Assembly: GCA_964016885.1 (NCBI GenBank)
Contig: OZ024761.1
Location: forward strand, 8,370,001 to 8,434,000
Reading direction: 5' to 3'
DNA length: 64,000 bases
Source: Eledone cirrhosa
Taxonomy: Eukaryota
Made by a program: the position numbers and the translations under genes. This document shows, one piece after another, positions 13,270-26,809 of the stretch. The notes beneath the pieces are model-generated. The model worked only from the letters and a program-made list of their open reading frames with translations, was not told the origin of the DNA and made no database searches. Position 1 is the stretch's first letter; every line of letters starts with the position of its first letter.

Positions 13270-15240
13270 AAGTATCTTTGGGTTGTGTTCACGGGTGATG
13301 GAAGACAGGGTGTTGAATTAAGTACAAGAATTGCAGGAGCTGGTTGTGTAATGCGCCCGCTTCAGCTTTTGGTAATCAAAAAAGAGGTAGGTTTAAAAGC
13401 CAACATGCTGTCTTCAATTCGGTTTTCGTACCAACCCTTACCTATGAGGTCATGTATCTTGGGTAATGACCGCAAGAATACAATCGCGAATACAAGCGGC
13501 TGAAATGGGGTTCCTCCAAAGGGTCTTTGGAATAACATTACTCAATAAAGTGCATAGTTCGAAGATCAGAGAGTCACTCCAAGTAGAGCCGCTACTCTCC
13601 AAATCGAGAGATCACAGCTCCGATACTCTGGACATGTGGTTAGAATGTCTCAGGAAAGAATGGCTGGACAGATTTGTAGCTCAGAGATCAGAGAGTCACT
13701 CCAAGTAGAGCTGCTACTTCTCCAAATCGAGAGATCACAGCTCCGATACTATGGAGATGTGGTTAGAATGTCTCAGGAAAGAATTGCTGGACAGATTTAT
13801 AGCTCAGAGATCAGAGAGTCACTCCAAATAGAGCTGTTACTTCTCCAAATCGAGAGATCACAGCTCCGATACTCTGGATATGTGGTTAGAATGTCTCAGG
13901 AAAGAATTGCTGGACAGATTTATAGCTCAGAGATCAGAGAGTCACTCCAGGTAGAGCTGTTACTTCTCCAAATCGAGAGATCACAGCTCTGATACACTGG
14001 ACATGTGGTTAGAATGTCTCAGGAAAGAATTGCTTGACACATTTGTAACTCAGAGATCAGAGAGTCACTCCAAGTAGAGCCACTACTTCTCCAAATCGAG
14101 ACATCACAGCTTCGATACTCTGGACATGTGTTTAGAATGTCTCAGGAAAGAATTGCTGGACAGATTTGTAGCTCAGAGATCAGAGAGTCACTCCAAGTAG
14201 AGCTGCTACTTCTCCAAATCGTGAGATCACAGCTCCGATACTCTGGACATGTGGTTAGAATGTCTCAGGAAAGAATTGCTGGACAGATTTGTAGCTCAGA
14301 GATCAGAGAGTCACTCCAAGTAGAGCCACTACTTCTCCAAATTGAGAGATCACAGCTTCGATACTCTGGACATGCATGTGGTTAGAATGTCTCAGGAAAG
14401 AATTGCCGGACAGATTTGTAGCTCAGAGATCAGAGTCACTCCAAGTAGAGCCACTACTTCTCCAAATTGAGAGATCACAGCTTCGATACTCTGGACATGT
14501 GGTTAGAATGTCTCAGGAAAGAATTGCTGGACAGATTTGTAGCTCAGAGATCAGAGAGTCACTCCAAGTAGAGCCACTACTTCTCCAAATTGAGAGATCA
14601 CAGCTTCGATACTCTGGACATGTGGTTAGAATGTCTCAGGAAAGAATTGCTTGACAGATTTGTAGCTCAGAGATCAGAGAGTCACTCCAAGTAGAGCTGC
14701 TACTTCTCCAAATCGAGAGATCACAGCTCCGATACTCTGGATATGTGGTTAGAATGTCTCAGGAAAGAATTGCTGGACAGATTTGTAGCTCAGAGATCAG
14801 AGAGTCACTCCAAGTAGAGCCACTACTTCTCCAAATTGAGAGATCACAGCTTCGATACTCTGGACATGTGGTTAGAATGTCTCAGGAAAGAATTGCTTGA
14901 CAGATTTGTAGCTCAGAGATCAGAGAGTCACTCCAAGTAGAGCTGCTACTTCTCCAAATCGAGAGATCACAGCTCCGATACTCTGGATATGTGGTTAGAA
15001 TGTCTCAGGAAAGAATCGCTGGACAGATTTTACTGGTAAAACCAACTGGCAAGTGAGCCAAGTGTAGACCCGGAGCAAGTTGGTTGAATAACATCCATGA
15101 GCTCAGCTGGTCTCACTTGGGGATCCAACCAGATCAGTTAGAGATGGTTGCTTCTGACAGGAGCCACTGGAGGAGTGTTTGAGGACTGAGCCCCCACGAC
15201 CCTCTCAGGAAAAAGGAGAAGAAAAAGAAGAAGAGTAGGA
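13270..15240 (+). mobile_element. RTE-like LINE 3' fragment with an internal 123-bp tandem array (~12 copies, ~13560-15030)
   Basis: YLWV.FTGDGR, RIQAAEMGFLQRV and IERSQLRY.GHVVRM are RT C-terminal motifs. It ends in a GAA-rich tail. Confidence 0.85.
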
Positions 15241-15703
15241 GAATCTTACATTACTATCTTGGTAATGAAATAAATTATAATTTTAGTAAATCCCTCAAAA
15301 TTCTTCATTAATTGATGTATTTCAGTAGAAATGTGGTCATGAAAGGTTTGGTTATAGTATGATCCCATAACTCCTGATAGAGTCGTAGGGGCGCCATATT
15401 TTAATATGGCGTTTCTTAGGCATTTTAAGCATGACAGAGCCCATCCCTCTCCAGGCCTGAATACAGCAAATTTCTTCCAGGAAAAAATAGAAAGTGAGAG
15501 AAAGGAAGTGAGAAAGAGATATAGAGGAAGAATTAAGCCCAGTACTAGACTGGTACTTTTTTTATCAGACGTTCTAACAACTCTACCAATGTGCCACCTA
15601 TCACGAAAAGTTTAAAGATCACAAAAATAATTTTTTTCGTTTAACCAGCCTTGCCAAATCTGATTTAGAGGTAGTTGGTTAGAAAACGTTTGGTATTATT
15701 GTT

Positions 15704-16267
15704 CTTAAAACATTACGTTCTGAGTTAAAATCTCACCGAGGTCAACTTTGCCTTTTATCCTTACGGGGTTTATAAAATAAAGTACCAGTAATGCACTGGG
15801 GTAATTGCTGGCCTTGTGCCAAAAGTAGAAACAATTAATGTCCTTAAAACATTACGTTCTGAGTTAAAATCTCACCGAGGTCAACTTTGCCTTTCATCCT
15901 TACAGGGTTGATAAAATAAAGTACCAGTAATGCACTGGGGTAATTGCTGGCCTTGTGCCAAAAGTAGAAACAATTAATGTCCTTAAAACATTACGTTCTG
16001 AGTTAAAATCTCACCGAGGTCAACTTTGCCTTTCATCCTTACAGGGTTGATAAAATAAAGTACCAGTAATGCACTGGGGTAATTGCTGGCCTTGTGCCAA
16101 AAGTAGAAACAATTAATGTCCTTAAAACATTACGTTCTGAGTTAAAATCTCACCGAGGTCAACTTTGCCTTTTATCCTTACGGAGTTTATAAAATAAAGT
16201 ACCAGTAATGCACTGGGGTAATTGCTGGCCTTGTGCCAAAAGTAGAAACAATTAATGTCCTTAAAAC
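15704..16267 (+). repeat. 4 x 139-bp tandem repeat of a SINE body (Meta-domain-like)
   Basis: Period 139 (TTAAAAC at 15705, 15844, 15983, 16122, 16261). Contains GGTCAACTTTGCCTTTCATCCTTAC.GGGTTGATAAAATAAAGTACCAG. Confidence 0.85.
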
Positions 16268-16477
16268 TTGAAAAGTATCTCAACTTCCTTTTAGGGTAGA
16301 ATTTGCCAGGCGTTTTCAAATGCGAAACCCTTTTGGGTTTAGAAACTTTTGTGGAAACCCCAAATTCTAACACTGCTATATGGTCGTAATATAAATTTAA
16401 AAATCCAGGGGAACCATTGTTTTAGGGGATTATAGCCTGGTAGTAGTATATTTCACAATATTTACGATGAAAACACA

Positions 16478-18016
16478 AAAACAACAGCAGCAGCAGCAAC
16501 AACAACAACAACCCACACCACCACAACAACAACAACCCCCACCACCACCACCACAACAACAACCACAATATCCACCACCACCACCACAACAACAACAAAC
16601 CCCCCACCCACCACCACAACAACAACAACCACCACCACCACCACAACCCCCACCACCACCACCACAACAACAACAACCCCCACCACCACCACCCACACCA
16701 CAACAACAACAACACCACCACAACAACAACCCCACCACCACCACCACAACAACCCCACCACCACCACCACAACAACAACCGCACCACCACCACCACCACA
16801 ACAACCGCACCACCACCACCACCACAACAACCGCACCACCACCACCACAACAACAACCCCCACCACCACCACCACAACAACAACCACAATAACCACCACC
16901 ACCACCACAACAACAACAAACCCCCCACCCACCACAACAACAACAACAACAACCCCACCACCACCACAACACCACAACAACCCCACCACCACCACCACAA
17001 CAACAACCCCACCACAACACCACAACAACCCCACCACCACCACCACAACAACAACCGCACCACCACCACCACCACCACAACAACCGCACCACCACCACCA
17101 CAACAACAACCCCACCACCACCACCACAACAACAACAACAAACCCCCCACCCACACAACAACAACAACAACAACAACCACCACAACCCCCACCACCACCA
17201 CCACAACAACAACAAACCCCCCACCCACCACCCACCACCACCACCACAACCCCACCACCACCACCACCACCACAACCACCACCACCACAACCCCACCAAC
17301 ACCACCCCCACCACCACCACAACAACAACCCCCCACCACCACCACCACCACAACAACAACCCCCCCACCACCACAACAACCCCACCACAACCCCCCCCCC
17401 CCCCACCACCACCACAACAACAACAACCCCCCCCCCCCACCACCACCACCACCACCACAACAACAACCCCACCACAACAACAACAACCCCCCCCCACCAC
17501 CACCACCACCACCACCACAACAACAACCCCACCACAACAACAACCCCCCCACCACCACCACCACCACCACCACAACAACCCCACCACCACCACAACAACC
17601 CCACCACAACAACAACCCCACCACCACCACAACAACCCCACCACAACAACAATCCCACCACCACCACCAACACCACAACAACAACCCCACCACCACCACA
17701 ACAACCCCACCACAACAACAATCCCACCACCACCACCAACACCACAACAACAACCCCACCACCACCACAACAACCCCACCACAACAACAATCCCACCACC
17801 ACCACCAACACCACAACAACAACCCCACCACCACCACAACAACCCCACCACAACAACAACCCCACCACCACCACAACAACCCCACCACAACAACAATCCC
17901 ACCACCACCACCAACACCACAACAACAACCCCACCACCACCACCACCACCAACACCACAACAACAACCCCACCACCACTACAACAACCCCCACCACAACA
18001 ACAACCCCACCACAAC
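16478..18016. repeat. (CCA/CAA)n compound microsatellite
   Basis: Seen directly. Confidence 0.95.
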
Positions 18017-18109
18017 TACTTGCTATTTACTGTCACGTGTTATTTCTATAAGAATGTTTCTCTCTCCTTCCTTCTCCCCCTCTCACATCTCTCATTATTC
18101 CCTTTCTTA

Positions 18110-18449
18110 TACTCTCTCTCTCAATCTATCTATCTATCTCTCTGACACACACACTCTCTCTCTCTCAATCTATCTATCTATCTCTCTGACACACACACTC
18201 TCTCTCTCTCAATCTATCTATCTATCTCTCTGACACACACTCTCTCTCTCTCTCAATCTATCTATCTATCTATCTCTGACACACACTCTCTCTCTCTCTC
18301 AATCTATCTATCTATCTCTCTGACACACACACACTCTCTCGCTCTCTCTCTCTCTCTCAATCTATCTATCTATCTCTCTGACACACACACACACTCTCTC
18401 TCTCTCTCTCTCTCTCTCAATCTATCTATCTATCTATCTCTGACACACA

Positions 18450-18482
<33 letters not shown>

Positions 18483-18691
18483 TCTGACACACACACTCTC
18501 TCTCTCTCTCAATCTATCTATCTATCTATCTCTGACACACACACACTCCTCTCTCTCTCTCTCTCTCAATCCTATCTATCTATCTCTCTGACACACTCTC
18601 TCTCTCTCTCTCTCTCTCAATCTCTCTCTCTGACACACACTCTCTCTCTCTCTCTCTCTCTCAATCTATCTATCTCTCTCTCTGACACACA

Positions 18692-18741
<50 letters not shown>

Positions 18742-18893
18742 CTATCTATCTATCTATCTCTGACACACTCTCTCTCTCTCAATCTATCTATCTATCTATC
18801 TATCTGACACACACTCTCTCTCTCTCTCTCAATCTATCTATCTATCTCTCTGACACACTCTCTCTCTCTCTCTCAATCTCTCTCTCTGACACA

Positions 18894-18959
<66 letters not shown>

Positions 18960-19210
18960 GACACACACACTCTCTCTCAACTCACTCCAAACTATTTATC
19001 TCTCTCACACACACTTTGCCTCTCTCTCCCTCCTTAATACCAAACTATTATCTCTCTCTCTCTCTCTCTCACCAAACTATTTATTATCTCTCTCTCCTTG
19101 CCTCCTCTCTATCCCCCCCCTTCCCCCCTCTCTCTCCTTCCCTCCCTCTGTTTCTCCTTCACTCTTCCTCTCTCCTTCCCTCCATCTCCTTCCATCCCCT
19201 CTCTCTTCTC
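18110..19210. repeat. (CT)n/(CTAT)n/(CA)n compound repeat
   Basis: Seen directly. Confidence 0.95.
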
Positions 19211-19495
19211 TAAACTATTTAGAGGCAGTTTTCTTTTGAATGACAAACATTAGGGTTTACATTCTCAGCAGAGAAAAAGGAATATTTAAAGGAATATTTT
19301 AAAGGAATACTTTAAAGGAATATTTTAAAGGAATATTTTAAAGGTATCTTTAAACATTTTGTTTCTAAACATCATTCCAAAGATATGGGGAGTTGCTTTC
19401 CCTTGGATATAATTATTATTAACAGTGCAAAACTTGTTCTACATGTCCCCCTCTCCCTCTCTCTCTCCATCTATCTCTGAAGCATATTGTTATTG

Positions 19496-19549
<54 letters not shown>

Positions 19550-19639
19550 TTATTAAAATAACAGATTAAAGTTTAAGCAAAGATCGAACCCTCTTTGGAT
19601 TTTAGTCTTCAAATTTATTATTATTACTATATATATATA

Positions 19640-20193
19640 TCATCATCATCATCATCAGGTTTAGCGTCCGTGTTCCACGCTTGCATGGGTTTGGACGGGG
19701 GTTTTCCCACTTGAGGCAAGAGTGGTTGTCTTGCTCGCATAGGACTGTCTGGCGGGTTTTTCTACAGTTGGATGCCCTTCCTAACACCAACCACATTTAC
19801 AGTGTGGGGCTGGGAGGTTTTTACCGTGTTGCCTACACGGCCACATTACAGCGTGGACTGTCTGGCGGGTTTTCTACAGCTGGATGCCCTTCCTAACACC
19901 AACCACATTTACAGTGTGGGGCTGGGAGGTTTTTTACCGTGTTGCCTACACGGCCACATTTACAGCGTGGACTGTGTGTTTTTTGTCGTGACACCTAAAC
20001 GATCTCATTTGTTTCGGCCTGGATGGTGTGGGACCAACATAACTTTACATTGAAAGGGGCGGTGTGGGTGGGGTGGAGGTGCTGGGACGGGGGTGTGTTT
20101 TGATAGAGATGCCTACTGACTGTAGTAGGTTTTTACTTTGTATTTAGGTAAGGCGGGTCTTCTCTATTACTGAGTACCGCCAAAGGTCTCGGT

Positions 20194-20194
<1 letters not shown>
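19640..20194 (-). mobile_element. RTE LINE 3' end with an internal ~112-bp duplication
   Basis: Homologous to 57504-57950, with a (CAT)n tail at 19640. Confidence 0.85.
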
Positions 20195-20239
<45 letters not shown>

Positions 20240-20255
20240 ACATACACACAGACAT

Positions 20256-20296
<41 letters not shown>

Positions 20297-20684
20297 CACA
20301 CATACATATATATATATAAACACACATACACACACACACCACACATACACACACACACATATATATATATATAAACACACACACACACATATATATAAGG
20401 GTTTAGAGCTATATCCATACATACACACTTTACACACAGACATACACACACATATATATATAAATGCACACACACAGACACACACACATCTATATATAAA
20501 CATATAAACATACACACACATACATCATCATACTCTAATACATACTCACACACATCATATACATAATTATACACACATACAGACACACATACACAGACAG
20601 ACACACACACACTCACACACATATAGTTATACCGATGACCACCTTTGTACACACTGCAACACAATCACACACACACACACAGAT

Positions 20685-20715
<31 letters not shown>

Positions 20716-20932
20716 GATACATACACACACAAACACACACAAACACACACACACACAAACCACACACACACAGATACACACACACAAACACACAGATACA
20801 CACACAGATACACACACAAGGACACACACACACACCACACACACACAGATACATACACACACACAGATTCACACACAGATACACCACACACAACACACCA
20901 CCACACGATACACACACACATATATAGATAAT

Positions 20933-20963
<31 letters not shown>

Positions 20964-21135
20964 CACACACACACACATATATATATACATATATATATAG
21001 TGTGAAACTAAAACCATATCATTTGTACTGCCTCACTATTTTCTGTTCATATAATAAACTACATATATATATACACATACGCATATATACACAGAGACAC
21101 ACAAACGTATATATATGTATATATATATATATATA
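20195..21135. repeat. (TA)n/(CA)n microsatellite field
   Basis: Seen directly. Confidence 0.9.
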
Positions 21136-21261
21136 AGCTCAATGTAATTAAACAGAGCCGAAGAATTATGAAAATAAAGCAAAGAAGCCTTCAATACATC
21201 AAAGGTCTTTATTAGCCAAGTTTTCGGCTTGTATTGGCCGATAGTGCTTCTTGTGGTTTTG

Positions 21262-21307
21262 ATTGCCCTGATGAGTCCTTAATAGGACGAAACATTGTTG
21301 GCTAATA
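21262..21307 (+). ncRNA. Minimal type I hammerhead ribozyme motif inside a fold-back
   Basis: AUUGCC-CUGAUGA-GUCC-uuaaua-GGAC-GAAAC-auu-GUU/GGCUAAU. Confidence 0.75.
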
Positions 21308-21499
21308 AAGACTTTTGATGTATTGAAGGTTTCTTTGCTTTATTTTCATAATACATATATATATATACATATATACACACACAAACACATGTATGCATAC
21401 ATACATGTGTGTTGAGTTGAGGCAAGTGGGAGGGGTTTTCAGGTTTTGGAGAATTCTAAATGTTTCCATAGTACACAAAGAACATTTCTTTGTGCCGCA

Positions 21500-22546
21500 T
21501 TTTTAGGTTTAAGTTAGCAAAAGTATTGATTAAGTCTTTACGTAATGTATCAAGGTTATGGCCGTTGGTGGTATGAGAAACTGCCAAACCATCGTCACGG
21601 TATAAGCCGATATTATGGCAAGGAAATTTCTCTTTAAGGGTGTGGAGAAGGAATAATCCTACTAAGTCACACACATCTGCACTATCATATGAGCCGAGCC
21701 CATCATGACAGCAAAAGAGTTTTCAGGGCTTGATTTTTTTTAACCGAAGTACCTTCATTAGCAAAAAGTAGTGTTTTCCTAGCGTGTAAGATAATATTTT
21801 CTAATTTAGAAATATTAATGAAAAGTCTAGTAAAATCTAAGGCTTTAGTTAATAAGGATTCTGGGATAGAGGGGTAAAAATCAACAATATCAAATTGGGT
21901 AAATCTATTTTTTCCTTGTATATTATTAAACGAAGAAATAACAGAAGTATTTAACCATTGGGATAAGTCAGTCTTAGTTCTTATTTGAAGTATTATATTT
22001 CTTAGGATTTTTTTACTCGCATGACCAATTTCAGATTTAGCAGGGTTGATTAGTCTACAACTGGGTCGATTAGTAAAGTCTAATTTATGGTCTTTAAGGG
22101 TAATATATACTTTACGTTTGGTTAGACTTTCAATTTGGTTATCAATTTTTAAAGTACTAGCTAGGGCTTTAGCTTCATTATTGATGGTATTATAAGTATT
22201 AATGCTGGCTTTTTGGTATTTAGCAGTGATACTATCTGTTAATAGTTGGTTATACAAATTGTCATTAACTTCATAAAGATTTTTGGTTTTGTCAGAAAAA
22301 ACAAAAGTATTTTTAGAATGTTTAAAATTAAAAATGTCGTTAAAGTGTTTGGATTGAAAATTGTTGTTGTACTTACGGTAATTTAATTCATTTATCATGT
22401 TAACTAGGTATATTTTGAAGTTAGCCATGTCCTTAACTCTAGGTAGGTATTTACATGATTTAACATCAAAGTAGTCATTACAATCAGCACAGAATTGTCC
22501 ATCGAAAATCATCGCCTTCCATCTCATTCTTTTTATGACTTGTTCA

Positions 22547-22548
<2 letters not shown>
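21500..22548 (-). mobile_element. Penelope-like (Naiad-type) RT fragment, degraded
   Basis: [59 protein letters not shown] and GLYRDDGL. Confidence 0.9.
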
Positions 22549-22589
<41 letters not shown>

Positions 22590-22664
22590 TATATATACAT
22601 CTATATATATACACACATATATATATATATATACACATATATATACATATATATATATACACAC

Positions 22665-22707
<43 letters not shown>

Positions 22708-23001
22708 TATATATACATCTATATATATACACACATATATATATATATATACACATATATATACATATATATATATACACACATATATATATATACACAT
22801 ATATATATATATACACATATATATACATATATATACATATATATATATACATACATGTATATATACATATATATATATACATACATATATATATACATAT
22901 ATATATATACATACATATATATATACATATATATATATACATACATATATATATATACATACATATATATATACATACATATATATATATACATATATAT
23001 A

Positions 23002-23515
23002 TGGTGGCTGCCAACTCGTTTTCGAGTACGGCCACTACTTTATATCCATGTAGGAGAACCCCTACCGATGCGCTGAACGAGTGTGACTTTTTAGTCCACC
23101 CAGCGACTTGAAAACTATGGTACAAACACTATACTTGTGACAATTATTGGCACATAGTGCTGGGCCCATGGTACCATGTGACGACAAGTGCAGAGAGATC
23201 TCCAGATATAAAGCAATGCCTGTGCCGTGAAGCTTTTATAGTGAGCAAAGGCACTGCACAAAGCCAGTCCCACTCTCTTAACCAAGATGATATTTACCAA
23301 AAAGAAGAACAAGTCAACATCATTGGATACCATCAGGGTTGCAGGTGTTATATCAGAGTTTTCCTTCTCCTAGAATTCTGCCTTGACAAAGGCTAAGGGG
23401 TCATCTCTCCCTTATATATATACATATTGGATACCATCAGGGTTGCAGGTGTTATATCAGAGTTTTCCTTCTCCTAGAATTCTGCCTTGACAAAGGCTAA
23501 GGGGTCATCTCTCCC
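23002..23515 (-). mobile_element. Non-autonomous RTE-related element (partial), second copy at 53291-53900
   Basis: Reverse complement of 53495-53900. Carries CTAGGAGAAGGAAAACTCTGA, which resembles an RTE 5'-UTR motif. Confidence 0.65.
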
Positions 23516-23539
23516 ATATATATATACATATATATATAC

Positions 23540-23577
<38 letters not shown>

Positions 23578-23591
23578 ATATACATATATAT

Positions 23592-23622
<31 letters not shown>

Positions 23623-23680
23623 TACACATATATATACATATATATATATATACACATATATATACATATATATATAAATA

Positions 23681-24482
23681 TTACATTATGAAGAGAGAAG
23701 AAACATTTAGATATAATTAGTAATAAAATGTATCATACCTAAACTGTTCCTAAATTCCTCGACTACGTAGTTTCGTGGCATAAACAAAAACAATATATCA
23801 AAGATATAGAGTCCTTGCGAGGTCTGCCGACTTATCAAGAGGATACCTCATTTTACTAGTCTCAAGAACGCGTCTACACGACGTGAGAAAGAATCCCAAA
23901 AGGCGGAGGGGGAGATAGTCACGCGATATAACGGTCGAGAAACAGAGCTAAGCCTCTTATAACCTCGAAGAAAATACCACGGAGGCGGAGGGGGTATTCA
24001 TATCGAGGCCGTAGAAGAGGTAGTGAAGAAGGCGAGAAGTATGAGTAATGGAAGCTTTCCAGTTGTCCCCACACTTCAAAGATTGCTCGACCATAGGGAG
24101 TTATTAATATATTTAGAAACACACAGATACATGCGGACACACACATATACACATGAATGCATCCGCACCCAACTGTGAGTTAAGGGTGCCAACTTCACCG
24201 ATGTTGCTCAATGAATGACTGGGACAGACCAATTCAGTTTGAACCAGACTGAACCAGTATCAGAGTTAAAATTACATTATGAAGAGAGAAGAAACATTTA
24301 GATATAATTAGTAATAAAATGTATCATACCTAAACTGTTCCTAAATTCCTCGACTGAATTGGTCTGTCCCAGTCATTCATTGAGCAACATCGGTGAAGTT
24401 GGCACCCTTAACTCACAGTTGGGTGCGGATGCATTCATGTGTATATGTGTGTGTCCGCATATATCTGTGTGTTTCTAAATAT
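23681..24482 (-). mobile_element. ~591-bp HHR-bearing non-coding element (partial tandem plus an inverted segment)
   Basis: 23681-23764 is repeated at 24272-24355, and 24353-24482 is an inversion of ~24108-24238. Second copy at 54508-55288. Confidence 0.75.
23756..23843 (-). ncRNA. Hammerhead ribozyme, U3-A8 core variant, long stem II
   Basis: UCCUC-UUGAUAA-GUcGGCA..UGCCAC-GAAAC-UACGUA-GUC/GAGGA. Confidence 0.72.
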
Positions 24483-24587
24483 ATATATATAAATATATAT
24501 TTATTAAAATAACAGATATATATATATACAGATATATATATATATATACACACACATATATATATATACACATATATATATATATAT

Positions 24588-24638
<51 letters not shown>

Positions 24639-24718
24639 GTATATATATATGTGTGTATATATATATATATACACACATATATATAGTATATATATATGTG
24701 TGTGTGTATATATATATT

Positions 24719-24759
<41 letters not shown>

Positions 24760-24975
24760 TATATATATATGTGTGTGTATATATATATATATAAGTGTGT
24801 ATATATGTATATATATATATATGTGTGTGTATATATGTATATATATATGGATGTAAATATAATGTATTTTGCAATACACTTTATGCTTAATTAAAAGCAT
24901 TTTGAAGACCGTAAGCTATTGTTTTAAAGTAGTGACAAATTCACTCACTTCGATCTCAGTAAACAGGAGGAGATA

Positions 24976-25019
24976 AGCCGACATGACATGTTTCGCTTTT
25001 GTTGAAGCTTATCAAGGCC
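24976..25019 (-). ncRNA. Hammerhead ribozyme (U3-A8), array copy 1; same motif at 25293-25336, 25610-25653, 25924-25967 and 26241-26284
   Basis: GGCC-UUGAUAA-GCUU-caacaa-AAGC-GAAACAU-guc-AUGUC/GGCU. Confidence 0.85.
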
Positions 25020-26765
25020 AACTACCCCGCCCGTCTGCTGAGATCAATGATGTTATATTCTTATAGAAATCTAGTAAATAATCAGAAGCTGATTATGCAG
25101 AGCGGTTGTTGGTCAGGCAGAAATTAAAAATTAGAATTGTAGCTCTGAAATAGCAATATATTTATGGATGTAAATATAATGTATTTTGCAATACACTTTA
25201 TGCTTAATTAAAAGGATTTTGAAGACCGTAAGCTATTGTTTTAAAGTAGTGACAAATTCACTCACTTCGATCTCAGCAAACAGGAGGAGATAAGCCGACA
25301 TGACATGTTTCGCTTTTGTTGAAGCTTATCAAGGCCAACTACCCCGCCCGTCTGCTGAGATCAATGATGTTATATTCTTATAGAAATCTAGTAAATAATC
25401 AGGAGCTGATTATGCAGAGCGGTTGTTGGTCAGGCAGAAATTAAAAATTAGAATTGTAGCTCTGAAATAGCAATATATATATGGATGTAAATATAATGTA
25501 TTTTGCAATACACTTTATGCTTAATTAAAAGCATTTTGAAGACCGTAAGCTATTGTTTTAAAGTAGTGACAAATTCACTCACTTCGATCTCAGCAAACAG
25601 GAGGAGATAAGCCGACATGACATGTTTCGCTTTTGTTGAAGCTTATCAAGGCCAACTACCCCACCCGTCTGCTGAGATCAATGATGTTATATTATAGAAA
25701 TCTAGTAAATAATCAGGAGCTGATTATGCAGAGCGGTTGTTGGTCAGGCAGAAATTAAAAATTAGAATTGTAGCTCTGAAATAGCAATATATTTATGGAT
25801 GTAAATATAATGTATTTTGCAATACACTTTATGCTTAATTAAAAGCATTTTGAAGACCGTAAGCTATTGTTTTAAAGTAGTGACAAATTCACTCACTTCG
25901 ATCTCAGCAAACAGGAGGAGATAAGCCGACATGACATGTTTCGCTTTTGTTGAAGCTTATCAAGGCCAACTACCCCGCCCGTCTGCTGAGATCAATGATG
26001 TTATATTTTTATAGAAATCTAGTAAATAATCAGGAGCTGATTATGCAGAGCGGTTGTTGGTCAGGCAGAAATTAAAAATTAGAATTGTAGCTCTGAAATA
26101 GCAATATATTTATGGATGTAAATATAATGTATTTTGCAATACACTTTATGCTTAATTAAAAGCATTTTGAAGACCGTAAGCTATTGTTTTAAAGTAGTGA
26201 CAAATTCACTCACTTCGATCTCAGCAAACAGGAGGAGATAAGCCGACATGACATGTTTCGCTTTTGTTGAAGCTTATCAAGGCCAACTACCCCGCCCGTC
26301 TGCTGAGATCAATGATGTTATATTTTTATAGAAATCTAGTAAATAATCAGGAGCTGATTATGCAGAGCGGTTGTTGGTCAGGCAGAAATTAAAAATTAGA
26401 ATTGTAGCTCTGAAATAGCAATATATATATGGATGTAAATATAATGTATTTTGCAATACACTTTATGCTTAATTAAAAGCATTTTGAAGACCGTAAGCTG
26501 AGATCGAGCTGAGATCGAAGTGAGTGAATTTGTCACTACTTTAAAACAATAGCTTACGGTCTTCAAAATGCTTTTAATTAAGCATAAAGTGTATTGCAAA
26601 ATACATTATATTTACATCCATATATATATTGCTATTTCAGAGCTACAATTCTAATTTTTAATTTCTGCCTGACCAACAACCGCTCTGCATAATCAGCTCC
26701 TGATTATTTACTAGATTTCTATAAGAATATAACATCATTGATCTCAGCAGACGGGCGGGGTAGTT

Positions 26766-26809
26766 GGCCTTGATAAGCTTCAACAAAAGCGAAACATGTC
26801 ATGTCGGCT
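26766..26809 (+). ncRNA. Hammerhead ribozyme (U3-A8), inverted array copy; predicted cleavage after C26805
   Basis: Same motif on the + strand. Stem I is extended by GAUCUCAGCAGACGGG pairing with CCUGUUUGCUGAGAUC. Confidence 0.85.

Noticed and set aside
16422-18015. Poly-Q/P, poly-V/W/G ORFs
   Set aside because: Translations of CCA/CAA microsatellite with no splice or domain evidence.
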